In this document: piece after piece, positions 47,740 to 60,837 of the stretch
Numbering within the stretch: the first letter of the stretch is position 1
Layout: every line of letters begins with the position of its first letter
DNA from: Amoebidium appalachense
Lineage: Eukaryota > Protista > Ichthyosporea
Direction: 5' to 3'
NCBI GenBank assembly: GCA_963693365.1
Contig: CAVNZM010000004.1
Span: forward strand, 2,130,389-2,194,388
DNA: 64,000 nucleotides
Program-made: the position numbers and the translations under genes
The notes under the pieces: model-generated
Told to the model about the DNA's origin: nothing
Databases searched by the model: none
What the model saw: only the letters and a program-made list of their open reading frames with translations

Positions 47740-50700
47740 TAGCGGGGATTGGAGGAGGAGGGGACGAGGGAGAGGGGAAGGTGCGCAGGCGGGGCGGGGA
47801 GGGGGCGGCGCGAGGGGGCGGAGGGAGGGGGGGGGGATACCAATGCCAGCTCGTCCCGTCTTCTGGTCAGACTCTCAAACTCCTTTGCATCTTCTGGGCT
47901 CACCTCCTGCTTGTGGATATCAGGTGGCCAATAGTCCGCCTGCAGACACAAAACATTAGAAAGGTGTTTGTTTGAGAGTGGATTGTAGGGAATAATGCTT
48001 CCGCTGATTGGTGAGGGTCAATGCAGAGAGCAAACGCAAAGAATCAAGACATGGGGGCACTCAAGGACGCAAGAGGTACACAGACACGCATAGGAATAAG
48101 ATGATCATCCAAACCACCCAGGAAGCAGGCAGAACACTACGTATGAATATCATTGACCTTTAAACGAACAGACACCCACACATAGCCACACATGCATGTG
48201 AGCATACTTTTGGGCATATCTACAAACCCCCCTCCCCCCCCCCGAAAAAAAAACAAAAAAAAAAAAAACATACACACGCCCACCTTCTGTACTAAGACAG
48301 ACATGTCCGTATAGACACAAATGGTAAACGCCGCTTCAAAGACGACCTATACAATCGAATCAAGGAAGCAAGATAAAACACCGCAAAGCACCTGCATCTA
48401 CACACATGCATGCAGGGGCACCCACACTTTCTCAACCTCCGGCACATGTTGCCTTCCTCATTCCCCTCCCCTCCCTTTCCGTGCCTCCTGTTCCCTCCGG
48501 CTCAACTCTCCCCTCCTTCCCTTCTACCCCCCCCCCCCCCCCAAAAAAAAAAAAAAAAACACTTCTCCCTCCCCCTTCCGCACGACACCCATCCACCCAT
48601 CCATCCACGCACCCGCCCGCCCAACCACCACCACCAACACACACACACACACACGCCTCCCCCCCCCCCACCACCACCCACCCACGCACCCATTCAACCA
48701 CCCACCCACACACACCTTCCCACCCCTCCCACCCCCCCCCCCCCCCCCCCCCCCCCCCCGGCCCCCCTGAAACACACACCCACACCCACCCATCCAGCCA
48801 CCCACCTACCCACCCACCACCCACCTATCCACCCACCTATCCACCCAACCACCTATCCACCTATCCACCCACCCACCCACCCACCTATCCACCCACCTAT
48901 CCACCCACTCACCTACCCACCTATCCACCCAACCACCTATCCACCTATCCACCCACCCACCCACCCACCTATCCACCCACCTATCCACCCACTCACCTAC
49001 CCACCTATCCACCCAACCACCTATCCACCTATCCACCCACCCACCCACCCACCTATCCACCCACCTATCCACCCACTCACCTACCCACCTATCCACCCAA
49101 CCACCTATCCACCTATCCACCCACCCACCTACCCACCTATCCACCCACCCACCTACACACCTATCCACCCACCCACCCACCCACCTATCCACCCACCTAT
49201 CCACCCACCCACCTACCCACCTATCCACCCAACCACCTATCCACCTATCCACCCACCCACCTACCCACCTATCCACCCACCCACCTACCCACCTATCCAC
49301 CCACCCACCTACCCACCTATCCACCCACCCACCTACACACCTATCCACCCACCCACCTACACACCTATCCACCCACCCACCCACCCACCTATCCACCCAC
49401 CTATCCACCCACCCACCTACCCACCTATCCACCCAACCACCTATCCACCCACCCACCTACCCACCTATCCACCCACCCACCTACCCACCTATCCACCCAC
49501 CCACCTACACACCTATCCACCCACCCACCTACCCACCTATCCACCCACCCACCTACCCACCTATCCACCCACCCACCTACCCACCTATCCACCCACCCAC
49601 CTACCCACCTATCCACCCACCCACCTACCCACCTATCCACCCACCCACCTACCCACCTATCCACCCACCCACCTACCCACCTATCCACCCACCCACCTAC
49701 CCACCTATCCACCCACCCACCTACACACCTATCCACCCACCCACCTACACACCTATCCACCCACCCACCTACCCACCTATCCACCCACCCACCTACCCAC
49801 CTATCCACCCACCCACCTACCCACCTATCCACCCACCCACCTACACACCTATCCACCCACCCACCTACCCACCTATCCACCCAACCACCCAACCACTAAC
49901 AGCCTCACCCATACCTTGGCACACATCTCATTGATTCTATTCACCGTTGCCTTCAGTCTCTCCATCGCCACCGTGTGTGCCTGCAGTTGTTGCTGCAGTC
50001 GGGGCAGATCCCCCTCCACCCCCTTGCCCCCCTCTCGTGCCCCCTCAAGCAGAGACATGCGCCTGCTTGCTCGCCTCTGACCCTGCCCTTGGTCTGTGCG
50101 AAATTAAGGGGTCAGCCCGGACCTTAACACACGTATCCCCCCCCCCCCTGCCCCGGAGCCGGGCTCTCTTTTAAACACGTGCCCACAAAAGTACATTTGA
50201 GGAAGAAATACGCAGAGGCAGGCAGGCAGGCAGACAGATACATGCGTAATCAAACTACACTGACACCAACCACAGTTTCCTATATCCAACGCCAGCTACA
50301 GTATACAGTGCATTTCTAATGTTTCATAACATCTATGTTCACCACATTACCCCCCCCCCCACCCCCCACCCCTTCCGCCCCTCTCCCAAGCCCCCCCCCC
50401 CCCCCCCCCCCTCCCCCCCCTCCCCCCCCCTCCCCCTCCCCCCTTGGCATCCCATTGAGCTATCCTTGGGTAGAGTGGCGTGCTGGTTGGTATTTGTATG
50501 CACAAGTTGGTGGTTCCATATAACTTTATTTTAGACAATGGTGTATGTGTTGACTTGTGTGTGGTATGGAAGTGTGGGGGGAGGGGGGGGGGGTAAAAAC
50601 AGAATCGGTTGGTGTCCGTCTACGAGTAGGTGTGTGTGTGTGTGCGTGTTGGGGGGGGGGGGGGGGGGGGGGAGTGTGAGTGAGTGTGTGTGTGCGTCTG

Positions 50701-51714
50701 TGGATTTGTGAGTGTGTGTGGGGGGGGGGGGGGGAGGGGGGTTTTGAATGCGTCAAAAAGTACGAAGTACACAAGAACAAACGGATAACACGATGCAGAA
50801 TGCAAGCCATACATAAAGAGTATGCATAATAAGCAGAGCCCATCCTCAGGGGGGGCCCACGTCATCCACAGTACCCGAGTTTCGACCTATTCCCCTCGTT
50901 AACGAAACCCAACTCAGATACTGTTTCACTTGAACATGAGTAGGTCACCCGTCTTGATCAGAGACGAGCAGGGTTGCTTATGCAGGCAAGGGCAGTGGGA
51001 AAGGCCGGGGGTTAAAGTTGCAGCAGTAAGCAGAAGCAAGAAAAATATAGATAGGAACTCAGGAGACGGGGCTTCTAGGAAGCTCCCCCGTCGATACCTA
51101 AGTCGATACTTCCCTGGAGTGCATGTGTCAGTATGCATGTGAGGGCATGTGCACCAGCGTCCAGAAGTATGCATATTCGCGTTTGTCGTTCTCTCTCTCT
51201 GTGTGTGCATGTGGGGTTGTGTGTGCACATGTGCATATACGTCTGTCGGCCTTGTGTGTGTTCACATGTGTGCTTGTACATCTACATAGGTATGTAGGTG
51301 CAGGTGCAGGCAGGCACCTACGCACGTGGGTGTGTGCCTGTGCATTTAGAGTGTGAGTGCGGGTTTAGACTCAGCATGTCTACACTGTGACAGCGATATA
51401 AACGCTTCATTTTCGAAACGAGAAACATTAAACTGTATGCTACACATTCAAGTGGACGGAAAGGAGGCATGCTTCTTCAAAAAAAAACCGCACATACCGC
51501 TTTCAGGAGCTGAAACTTCTTCGGCCTTCGCTGGGAGTTTGAACTGTAACGGAGAGACAATTCGTAAGCAGATAACTTATGGGTTTAAAACAATTACGTG
51601 CCTTTCACTAGTTTTCCCAAAATACTAATTATCACTCGTGAGCCATGTACCCATACCTAGCTAGCCAAAACCATATTGAAGGCAAAACACATCAATTTTT
51701 TTTGGTGGTGTTGT

Positions 51715-51761
<47 letters not shown>

Positions 51762-51869
51762 GGGGGGGGGGGGAGGATAGAAATAAAAAGTAGGGAGTGG
51801 GTTGGGGTAGGATCGAGAAAAGGGAGGGTGACGGGAAGGTGGGGGGGGGGGGGGGGGGGGGAGTAGGTG

Positions 51870-51900
<31 letters not shown>

Positions 51901-52230
51901 TGTGCAGAACACGGGGAGCAACAAAAACGATGACTGCAATGCCATACCATAGCATGGCAATAGGCTGCCATAATAGCAAAAATTAGCGCAAGTGTTTCGT
52001 TTTTTTCACAGAAGAGCAAGCGAGAGAGAGGGGGGGGAGCAGAACGAGCGAGAGAAGGGGGGGTAGGGGGGAGAGGGGGGGAGGGGGGGGAGAGGGAGAA
52101 AGGGAGGGAGGGAGAGGGAGGGAGGGAGGGGAGAGGGAGGGAGGGAGGGAGAAGGGGGGAGGGTGGGTGGGGTGGGGGGAGAGAGTGAAGGGGAGAGAGA
52201 GAAGGGGGGAGTGAGAGATAGAGGGGGGTG

Positions 52231-52275
<45 letters not shown>

Positions 52276-52465
52276 AGAGAGGGAGGGAGGGGAGAGAGAG
52301 AGAGAGAGAGAAGAGGGAGGGGGGGGGGGGGGAGAGAAGGGGGGAGGAAGAGGAGGGGGGGGGGGGGGAGGGGGGGGGGGAAGAGAAGGAAGGAAAGAGG
52401 AAAAAAGAGGGAAGTGGGAAAGAAAAAGAGAGAGAGAGAGATAAAGAGAGGGAGGGGGTGGGAGT

Positions 52466-52499
<34 letters not shown>

Positions 52500-52686
52500 G
52501 AAGGGGGGTGGAGGGAGAGAGAGGAAGCAGAGGGGAGGCAGGCAGAGGCACGGGTAATCGAGCAACGGAAAGTGCACAAACCTGCTTAATAAGGTCAAAC
52601 AGTAAATATGCTTCGGCCAACACGGACTGAAGCTGAGCCTGTGCCTGTTGCGACAGCTGCAGGAGCTCGGCGTAAGCAACGCTCAT
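46220..52686 (-). CDS. MED30: Mediator complex subunit 30-like, ~164 aa
   Basis: Exons 52686-52582, 51113-51098 (candidate micro-exon), 50093-49915, 47939-47841, 46315-46220. Helices QLQSVLAEAYLLFDLIKQ, DLPRLQQQLQAHTVAMERLKATVNRINEMC and RRDELALMLAGQNRALRKAMEDMRDL parallel the three MED30 helical blocks, as recalled by eye. Confidence 0.62.
46874..47384. mobile_element. Foldback / MITE-like element in MED30-like intron
   Basis: Termini actcaggggatg / catcccccgagt; internal inverted pairs 46997-47003/47254-47260 and 47045-47069/47193-47218 share the same centre. Confidence 0.6.
48800..49890. repeat. 1.1-kb intronic minisatellite of CCAC/CTAT/CTAC tetramers with 84-bp and 24-bp higher-order units
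   Basis: Directly visible; 28-aa and 8-aa periodicity in the spurious translations. Confidence 0.92.
50742..50858 (-). repeat. ~115-bp dispersed repeat, copy 3
   Basis: Reverse complement matches 14235-14352. Confidence 0.85.
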
Positions 52687-54350
52687 GTTTGCGTTTAGCT
52701 GCACAATGAATTGGAATCGACAACAAAGAATGAACTGTGCACGTAGATTCAGAGCTACAAAACTGTAATTCGCGAGCTGTGAATAAATCCACTACGGTCG
52801 CGTAGCTTTCGTGTGTGTAGGAACTCCACGTTGTACTCGCAGGTGATTTGCTTATGCGGCGTCAGCCGGCCATGGATTGCAAAGTGACGTGCGTGCGTGC
52901 GGTCAGTCACGGTGCACAGGGGCCGAGTCTCAGTCGGACTGTCGACTGAGCTCGAGGCGGCAGCCTGGGGCTGCAACTCTGCGCAGGGGGCCAGCCTGGC
53001 CGGGGCCCCGGAGCTACGTTTCATTCGATCAGTATGCATCAGCCTTCGGTTGCCATTGGTTGTGCGTGCACCTGCTAATGGCGCTATCATCTGCAATGCA
53101 CGGCCACGTAAACACACTTGTTGCACGGTGCACTACGGGCAGGCACGCATGCACGTGAACATGTAGACCAGCTGGCAAATTTTGCGTGAAACCCACCAAG
53201 CCTTCTACAACTACCATTATCAATTTTGGCCAATCATCCAGCTTTGGTTTTCAGTTCTCGACGCTGCGGCTTACGTGGATCCCCGCGGCCGTGCCCACCC
53301 ACGGCCGGACCTCGAGCTCCGGGAGCCTCGGGCATGTGGCTTTCGGCTGCAGCATCAGCTGTGACACAGTGCAGCCTGACGATTCGCACTGGCCACAGCT
53401 GGTAGCCTGGAAACGGGGCTGGCAAGTGGCTGGGCTAGCTAGATGACCGGTGTTGTGCCTTGCTGGGGTTGGCATGCTGTCCCATCATGGGCATGTTTCA
53501 TCACGTTACGCCCTGCTTGTTCACCACTGTCCTTCGTTACCGGCAGCCCACAGTACACAGGGACCCCACCTGTCCCCACGCCGCAGACGCCTGAGAGCTG
53601 ATGAAGGTGACACCTTGATGCTGCAGACATGTGACATGCAAGCATGCACGTGCACGGGCGGCATCGATCCTTGGCTGCATCCGTCATTTATAAGTAATGA
53701 TTAAGCGTACATACATATACGATCAAACCGACTCTAATGTCTACCTTTTTCTCTTACAATATACGCGATATGTCGTTAGTTTTTGCACATGTCAGCTACT
53801 TTGGCAGGCAGCTCTGATTCGGGTAAGGTATTTTTAAACGGTAACACTTCGCTGAGACCCTGTGCATGCAGTGGGCCCCCCACTGAACAAACCTCTGAAT
53901 TCGAACGCGGCCCGTGTGGCACATGCCTGCAAGATCTTCGATATCGAGACCTCCACGCTTGAGCCATACATAGATCTAAATTCTCAACAACTATTGGTTG
54001 AAAACGCATTATAGATCCTTTAATCAGCATCTGATTGGCAGAGTCCTAACCACAATAGAGCGGAGCTGTTCCCAACACTAGTCCCAACACAGGCTGCTGT
54101 GATGGCGGAGGAAATGCACTCCTACAAAACACCTCTCCTCCCTCCCACCTTCGCACTTCGTTTGCAAGTGTGTCTGTCGTCAAAATCGGAAGCGTATTTA
54201 GTAACTCCTAAACGCCAATATGCATAATGGTTTATCTTCTTGGTAAGCAAAAAACGAAACATCAGCTGCCATCACACACGTGGTGATGAAAGCTGGCCAA
54301 GGATTTGCACGGCGCCTTAACCCTTGGGACAAAAAGGCTGGACAAATAAT

Positions 54351-55070
54351 ATGGAAGTAAAACAAATGCAACACACCGAAGCACTGTGCGAACGAGGCGT
54401 TACCTCGGTGTTTTCATCATCGAAATTCAGCCCCGTCGCTGCGCATGCCCGCTTTGCAGCCCTTCGGACAGAGCTCCGCAGCAACCATCATCTGTATGAG
54501 ATCAAGGACATACCCAAATCGGAAAGAAGATTTGAGTCTCCTTACATTTCCCACCACTCCCCCTCTTCCCCAAATGAAACAGTTTTTACTTTCCACTCTT
54601 CGAACAGTTTGAAAGATGACGATGGATCTGACGTCCCAGAGACCCCCAACACCGCACGGTCACTCATGCGAGGCCTGAGTCAACGGGCCCGGGCAAGCAG
54701 TCTGCGCAAGTCTTTCACCAGCTCCCTCGACAGCATGTTCCGTGTAAGCAGCAAAAGTAGCTTGAACTCCTCCTCGAGCAGTGTTCCAAATAGCCCTGCA
54801 AATACCTCTTATCCTACGCTCCCACAGGAAGAGGGTTTGGACATATCTCCGAGCGACTTGGTGGGTCGGCTTAGGAGCAAGTCAAACACCAGCTTGCCTG
54901 AGGTTCCAAAAAGGGGTCTGACTATTCAGAGATCCAAAACAGTGCCTTCAAAACCGACAGAGGATGAAGAGTGCAAGGGTAGGCTGGCAAGATACGGTAG
55001 TGTGAGGAGCTTCAGCAAGGGCAAACTGACCTTCAAGACTTTGATAAGGAAAAGTAGCAGTGAGGTCTGA
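54351..55070 (+). CDS. Ser-rich, probably disordered hypothetical protein, 239 aa, single exon
   Basis: Clean non-repetitive ORF from ATG 54351; many RxxS / SP sites (RARASS, RKSF, RSKS, RSKT). Confidence 0.65.
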   Translation: MEVKQMQHTEALCERGVTSVFSSSKFSPVAAHARFAALRTELRSNHHLYEIKDIPKSERRFESPYISHHSPSSPNETVFTFHSSNSLKDDDGSDVPETPNTARSLMRGLSQRARASSLRKSFTSSLDSMFRVSSKSSLNSSSSSVPNSPANTSYPTLPQEEGLDISPSDLVGRLRSKSNTSLPEVPKRGLTIQRSKTVPSKPTEDEECKGRLARYGSVRSFSKGKLTFKTLIRKSSSEV

Positions 55071-57364
55071 AGCACAAGACCTGGCCAGTTTTGCGCTTTT
55101 GTGTTGTAGTATTTATAGTGATGCTTGTATGGTTGGCGTTCTTCATAAGATCATAGTATGAGCCTCTCTGCTGGACAGGAGGTATTTCCCCTTCAAAAAA
55201 AAGGGCTCGCGTTAAGACTCTTGTGAAAATTTAGGTGCTCTTTGGTGCCACATCGTGTACAGCATACATAGATTTTGTAATTACCGCAAGTGCACCTTGA
55301 GCGTTCCCAGCACATCGACGGCATATTGAAAATAAACTTAGTGGTCCGTATCATTAGGAAGAAATTCAAGAGCTCTGATTGCACAGCCACCACCTACTAT
55401 GATGCAGCTACAGAAGAAATCCCTGCGTTTTTACAAATAACAAGCGCACAAGCTCACAAGCATTTAATCCGCAGCAGTGTCAGACACAACTCACCACTCG
55501 CCACAAGCAAATATACACATGTCATCAACGGCTTATTGATTCTCACTTTCCCTACCCTGTGTGATTCTTATAGTGTATGAGACCAGATCCAAGCCCCCCC
55601 CCCCCTCCCCCCCCCCCCCTCCCCTCCCCCCCCCCCCCCCCCCTCCCCCCCCCCCCCCCCCCGCCTCCCCCCCGCCTGCCCGATCCAGCCATTGAATCCG
55701 TCAGTCCATTTCAAAGCTTCCCTTTCGCTTTCCTCGTCTCTTTTTGTTCCAGAGCCAAACACCCAAACACGCTTTCCCCCCTCCTCCCCACCTCTCTCTC
55801 TCTCCCCCCCCCCCCCCCCTTCCCCTCCCTCCCTCCCTCCCTCCCTCCCTCCCTCCCTTCCTCCCTCCCTCTCTCCCTCCCTCCCTCCCTCCCTCCGCCC
55901 CCCTCCCTCTCCTCTCTCTCTCTCTCTCTCCCCTCCCTCCCTTTCTTTCCCTCCCTCCCCCTTTCTCTCCCTCTCTCTCTCGCTACTCCCCCCCCCCCCC
56001 TCTTGCCCACCTCCCTCCCTCCCATGCTCCCCCCTCTCATTTGCCTCTCGCTTCTCTCTTTCTCTCTCTCTCTCTCTCTCCCCCACCCCCCTCTCTGTCC
56101 CTCCAGCCCCGCCCCCCCCCTCCCCCCTTCTCTCTCTTATACGCACATGCAAAAGCCCTCTTTCCTCTGTAGCTACAACATTTTCGGCATTCTTTCGAGT
56201 CCCTGCACTCTATTTGAGCTACAGACCGTCTTGTACTTTCTTCTTTCTCCCCTCTCGACTCCATCTAGAACTTTGCTGCCAGCCTCTCTCTCACTCCCCA
56301 CCCAAACTCGTGTCCGTACCTACGTCCCCTTCGATTGTTACAGTCGCTCTACTCCCAGTTGCCCCCATTTTCAACTCCATACTCTTCCCTTTCTCCTGCT
56401 CACTTTCCCTCGAACTCCATAATCCATTGTCCTTCGTAGACTGTCCGGGTCTGGTGCAGGACCTTTTCTTGGAATAGATTCTCCGACTTCTACACAGTGA
56501 CCACGATTCCTCCAAACAGAAATCTCACGTGCTTCTTGAGCACTGGGCCAACGAGAATGCCAAGCACCTGGAACTCATTTCTACAATGCACTGGACAGTG
56601 GTACTTTATTCACACACGCATTTCGCTAAGTAGTTGCACTCCATGCTAGTCTTGAGCACCGAAACAGTGAAAACTTTTGGAGACCACACATGCACGCTCA
56701 TAAATACACTGGTGACACCAAGTGCACTTGCATACGCACACCGCGCAGACATACATGAAACCTGAAATCAGGTGCAGACGCAAGCTCCATGGCATAAAGC
56801 GCACACATGCACACACGTGTGTGGGAGCTGCAAACACACCTGGCCGTTTGAGATTGGTGACGTGCTACGCTTTGTGGGGTGGTGGCATCATTTTTGGAAC
56901 AGTTCTCAGTCAAAACTCTTTTAGATTCAACATCTTTTTGCTAAAATAACCTTGTGAAGCAACGAAAAGCCGTACTCGAAGCAAAATCCCGAAGTCACAA
57001 GTACAATCTACGCACTAATTAAACATGATCAGGCTTATGGAGCAGTTCAGATAGCACCACATCTCTATAAGGGAGCTTCGTTGCTTATGCCCGTTGAAAC
57101 AGGCAGTCTATTTCTATTGAAACTTTCGGAGTAGTCTTCTAAGTGATAATCAAGTCTAGTCATTTCTCAAAAGATCATGGTGCTCACAACAAAACACGTA
57201 CTGCTATGACCATAACTAAAAACGTATAGACTTGCCCCTACTGCCGTTTATCTAATACGTCAACAGAAAATATATTGGATTGATTTCTAATTTTTGATTC
57301 TTATCCCTTTCATTCTCTCTAACCATGATCTCTTCAGGTCCTTGTATGAGGGATCTTCTAAATG

Positions 57365-57973
57365 TTAGCTGACCGAACCCACTGTAGCCAGCTCGGCAGG
57401 TGGGCACGGGCCAGCACCGGTACTTCCCTTTCTTGATGTTCGCTTGGTGCCTTGACGGGGAAACGCAAAGCTGGCCAGTCTGGCCAGCTTAGACGATCTC
57501 CTTCTCTTTTCGCTCTCATTCATCCCCGAGGATCCAGGCGTAGTGGGACTCGGTGGGCTGGTGTTGAGATGCATGTTGGAGTCAAGCGCAACATCCTCCC
57601 ATGGGCACACATTGTCGGTTTGTTCCGATGAGTATTTTCTATTAAGGGCATTTATCTCAACCTGAAGGACACCAGCTTTTGGCACGTCTTCGTTGTATTC
57701 CCACGGGCACACTTTCTCCCCCAGTTTTTCGACCAAAATTTCGTCTGCGGTGGGTTGACTCGCTTCCTTTTCGTACTCCCAAGGACAAACTTTCTCCCCC
57801 AGTTTTTCGACCACCAGTTCGCCCGGGGTGGGTTGACTTGCTTCCTTTTCGTATTCCCAGGGACACACACTCTCTCCCAGTTTTTCCACTATCACTTCTG
57901 ACACGCTGGCAGTTTCATTCGCCTCCCAGGGGCATGGATGCACCTGCTTCTCACAAGGCGTCTCGAGGTTCAT
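57365..57973 (-). CDS. Stand-alone CPWE-repeat protein, ~202 aa
   Basis: Five CPWE motifs (HPCPWEA, SVCPWEY, KVCPWEY x2, NVCPWED); 78-bp / 26-aa in-frame tandem repeats; basic Ser-rich tail. Confidence 0.75.
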   Translation of the reverse strand: MNLETPCEKQVHPCPWEANETASVSEVIVEKLGESVCPWEYEKEASQPTPGELVVEKLGEKVCPWEYEKEASQPTADEILVEKLGEKVCPWEYNEDVPKAGVLQVEINALNRKYSSEQTDNVCPWEDVALDSNMHLNTSPPSPTTPGSSGMNESEKRRRSSKLARLASFAFPRQGTKRTSRKGSTGAGPCPPAELATVGSVS

Positions 57974-59075
57974 TTTCCGTGCAGCTTTCGATTTGCATGT
58001 GCACCTGGTGAATGCGTACACAATTTATCTGAGTTGTTCGGTGTGTGTTGTGTTGGCCCTGGCCTTAGAAATCATTTACGCCCTCCTTTTCTGGTAGAAT
58101 ATGTAGCTCGTTGTTTTGTCTATCCCCCTTGGCTACAGTAGTGCTGATCTGATCTGCTAATTAGACGTTCGCATATGTAGGCCCACTAAAGCACCTAAGT
58201 GCACGAGTACACACCGAGTACCTGGTACCCCACGCACCCACGAGACTGATAAAACCGTCCCCGGCCAGGCCTTCGCGGCTGCGGGCATTTATTGGCTTTG
58301 GACCAATGAACCGGAAAAGATTCAAAACCACAAGCACACACGTCACCACGCGTTACACTGCATGCACGGTCCCCCCTTGGGTGTGGTGGCTAGGCACGTG
58401 CATTCTTTTTTTTTGCTCTGAAGCCTTAGAGAAGCATTCCGGCTTCCTTGCTACACGCGGAATATTCCAGTATTCCGCAATCTTTTCAGTGCGGTATATT
58501 TATACCTTTTTATTTGTCACGGGAATCCGTGGCACGCCCACCTAGAGAGGTCTAGTCAGCTCTGGAGCTCGTGCGTAGGTTCGGTGGCCACAGCCACAGT
58601 CCCCAGGCCTGCACTACGCACCACATGATCTATCTCGCTTATTGCTGTGTTCTGATTGGATAGATATCATTGTACATTTTCGAGTTTTTCTTGTACCTGT
58701 GATTGGCTAGGAGCGCACCATCGAAATCGGCGACCCGTGCTGTCGTGCACTCATGAACCAACACAGAGTGTGAAATAGTGAAATTGAGTGCATGCATGTG
58801 GTACGCTTTATGGAAAAATGCATTCGGCAAACCGTCAGATATATATCGATACAAATATCGGGAGGCTGGTGCATAAATATTAAATCCATCAGAATCCATC
58901 GATCCGATCAGATCACGTCATAACATGCATTCGATGGTGTGCCATATGCGCATGCATGCATATGCATGCATTCACGTGCACGTGGTACGCTTGGCCATGG
59001 GGAAGCATAGATAATACTTGAATTCAACGTGCGGAATTCAATTACGGTAAATACGTATACATTTATTATTGGCTT

Positions 59076-59149
<74 letters not shown>

Positions 59150-59255
59150 CACGGTGTGTGTGTGTGTGTGTGTGCACGTGTGCGTGTGCGCGCGTGTGAC
59201 ACTGTGTGTGTGTGTGTGTGTATAATGAGAGACTAGTACTGGATGTTGGTCCAGC

Positions 59256-59296
<41 letters not shown>

Positions 59297-59362
59297 AGTC
59301 TTGAGCATCGGCCAGGACCTAATTTAAGCCCCGTTCCCCTCCCTCTCTCTCTCCCGTGCGCC

Positions 59363-59576
59363 CTCCCACCTACCGACCCACCCGTCCTCCTTCTGAACGC
59401 TGTCCCCCCCCCCCCCCTTTCCCCCCCCCCCCCCCCCCCCCCCCCTCCCCCCCCCCCAAAACACACACATACACACACACACACACGTGTGTGTGGGGGG
59501 GGGGGGGGGGGGAAGGGGAGGGGGCGGGAGAGGGGGCAGATTTCAGAAGGAGGACGGGTGGGTGGGTAGGTGGGAG
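59363..59576. repeat. Inverted repeat / long hairpin
   Basis: 59363-59397 pairs with 59542-59576 at 34/35; inner poly-C/poly-G and (CA)n/(TG)n arms are also complementary. Confidence 0.85.
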
Positions 59577-60400
59577 CGCGGGAAAGCAAAGGGACTGGGG
59601 GGGGGCCGGGTGGGGGGAGGGGGGGGGGGAGGTGGGGGGAGGGGAGGAGGAGGGTGAAGAGGATTAACATCTTATGTACTTGAATGTCAAGTGTGATTAT
59701 GAATCACATGATTGTCTAATAGTACATGACAACGATACGGGATGTTGTTGTAGAACACTGGTGAACATCGTAGGCTGCAAAATATTGCTTACAATTCGAG
59801 CCTGCTGTGTACATGTGTACTAAAAGTCACACAGTAACAGTTCTCGTGCACGCGACAAGTATTATAATATTATCAGCAATGAAAGTCTGTAATAGTGTGC
59901 CTCTTCAATGAATGCTATCATAATTCTACAATGCACGAACTACATTCGACAAAAGTTGCATGGCCGTCTATCTCAACCTCATGGAAATGACAATCATAAC
60001 CTGGCGCAGAACAGTGACTGTACACCACCATCACCACCACCACCACCACACACACACACATCACCACCACCGATCCACACACACACACACACACATTCAC
60101 ACCGCCCACACACCCACAAGCACGCCTGCAGAAACAAACTTCACACATACACACACAGACTTTCAACAAACCACCCCATTGGGCCCCTAACTACTCTACA
60201 TTTAGTCTTCTGGCAGCGAGCATTGCATACATGTGCAGACATGCACTGACCGACATACACGCCAAAGAAAACTCTCGAAACCTCCGACCCTACCAGCTTA
60301 AACATGTAAACAGAAGCGCACAAACACAACAGTGTTACTAAAAGGCCACATAGCCAAAATAAGCACATCCTAATCACCACTAAATATCAATAGTTCCACA

Positions 60401-60764
60401 TCAGTAACAGTCCTCCAGCCAATCATCATCACTTCCCTCTTCCGCAATTTTCTCCTTCCCACTTACCCCTCCTGCAGTCCCCACCATCGCCTCCACCTGT
60501 GGTTGTGTTTTTGCACTACCAGCAACTGCATTTGGCCGTGCAAACGCATTTGCTGCGCTGATAGCTTTTGCATAGGCGCCAAAGGATGGTGGGCAAGGTA
60601 CGGAACTCGCTGAAACTGATTTGCGTACTCCAGGCAGGTTTGTGGATGGGCCTGCAGCAGAGACACCGGCCCAGGCCGTTGCCTGCACGACCTTTGTTGC
60701 TCTGGGTGCTAGATCGTTGTCGTAATGTTCAACTAGCGACCTGCAAAAGGGGGGAAAAGGGTTT

Positions 60765-60837
<73 letters not shown>

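Noticed and set aside
48406-50080. 497/556-aa Pro/Thr/His/Tyr 'extensin-like' ORFs
   Set aside because: Translations of a stop-free minisatellite, antisense within the MED30-like intron.
50830-50890. Hammerhead ribozyme (CTGAGGA and GAAA on the minus strand)
   Set aside because: Stem II and stem III pairings could not be formed in the required geometry.
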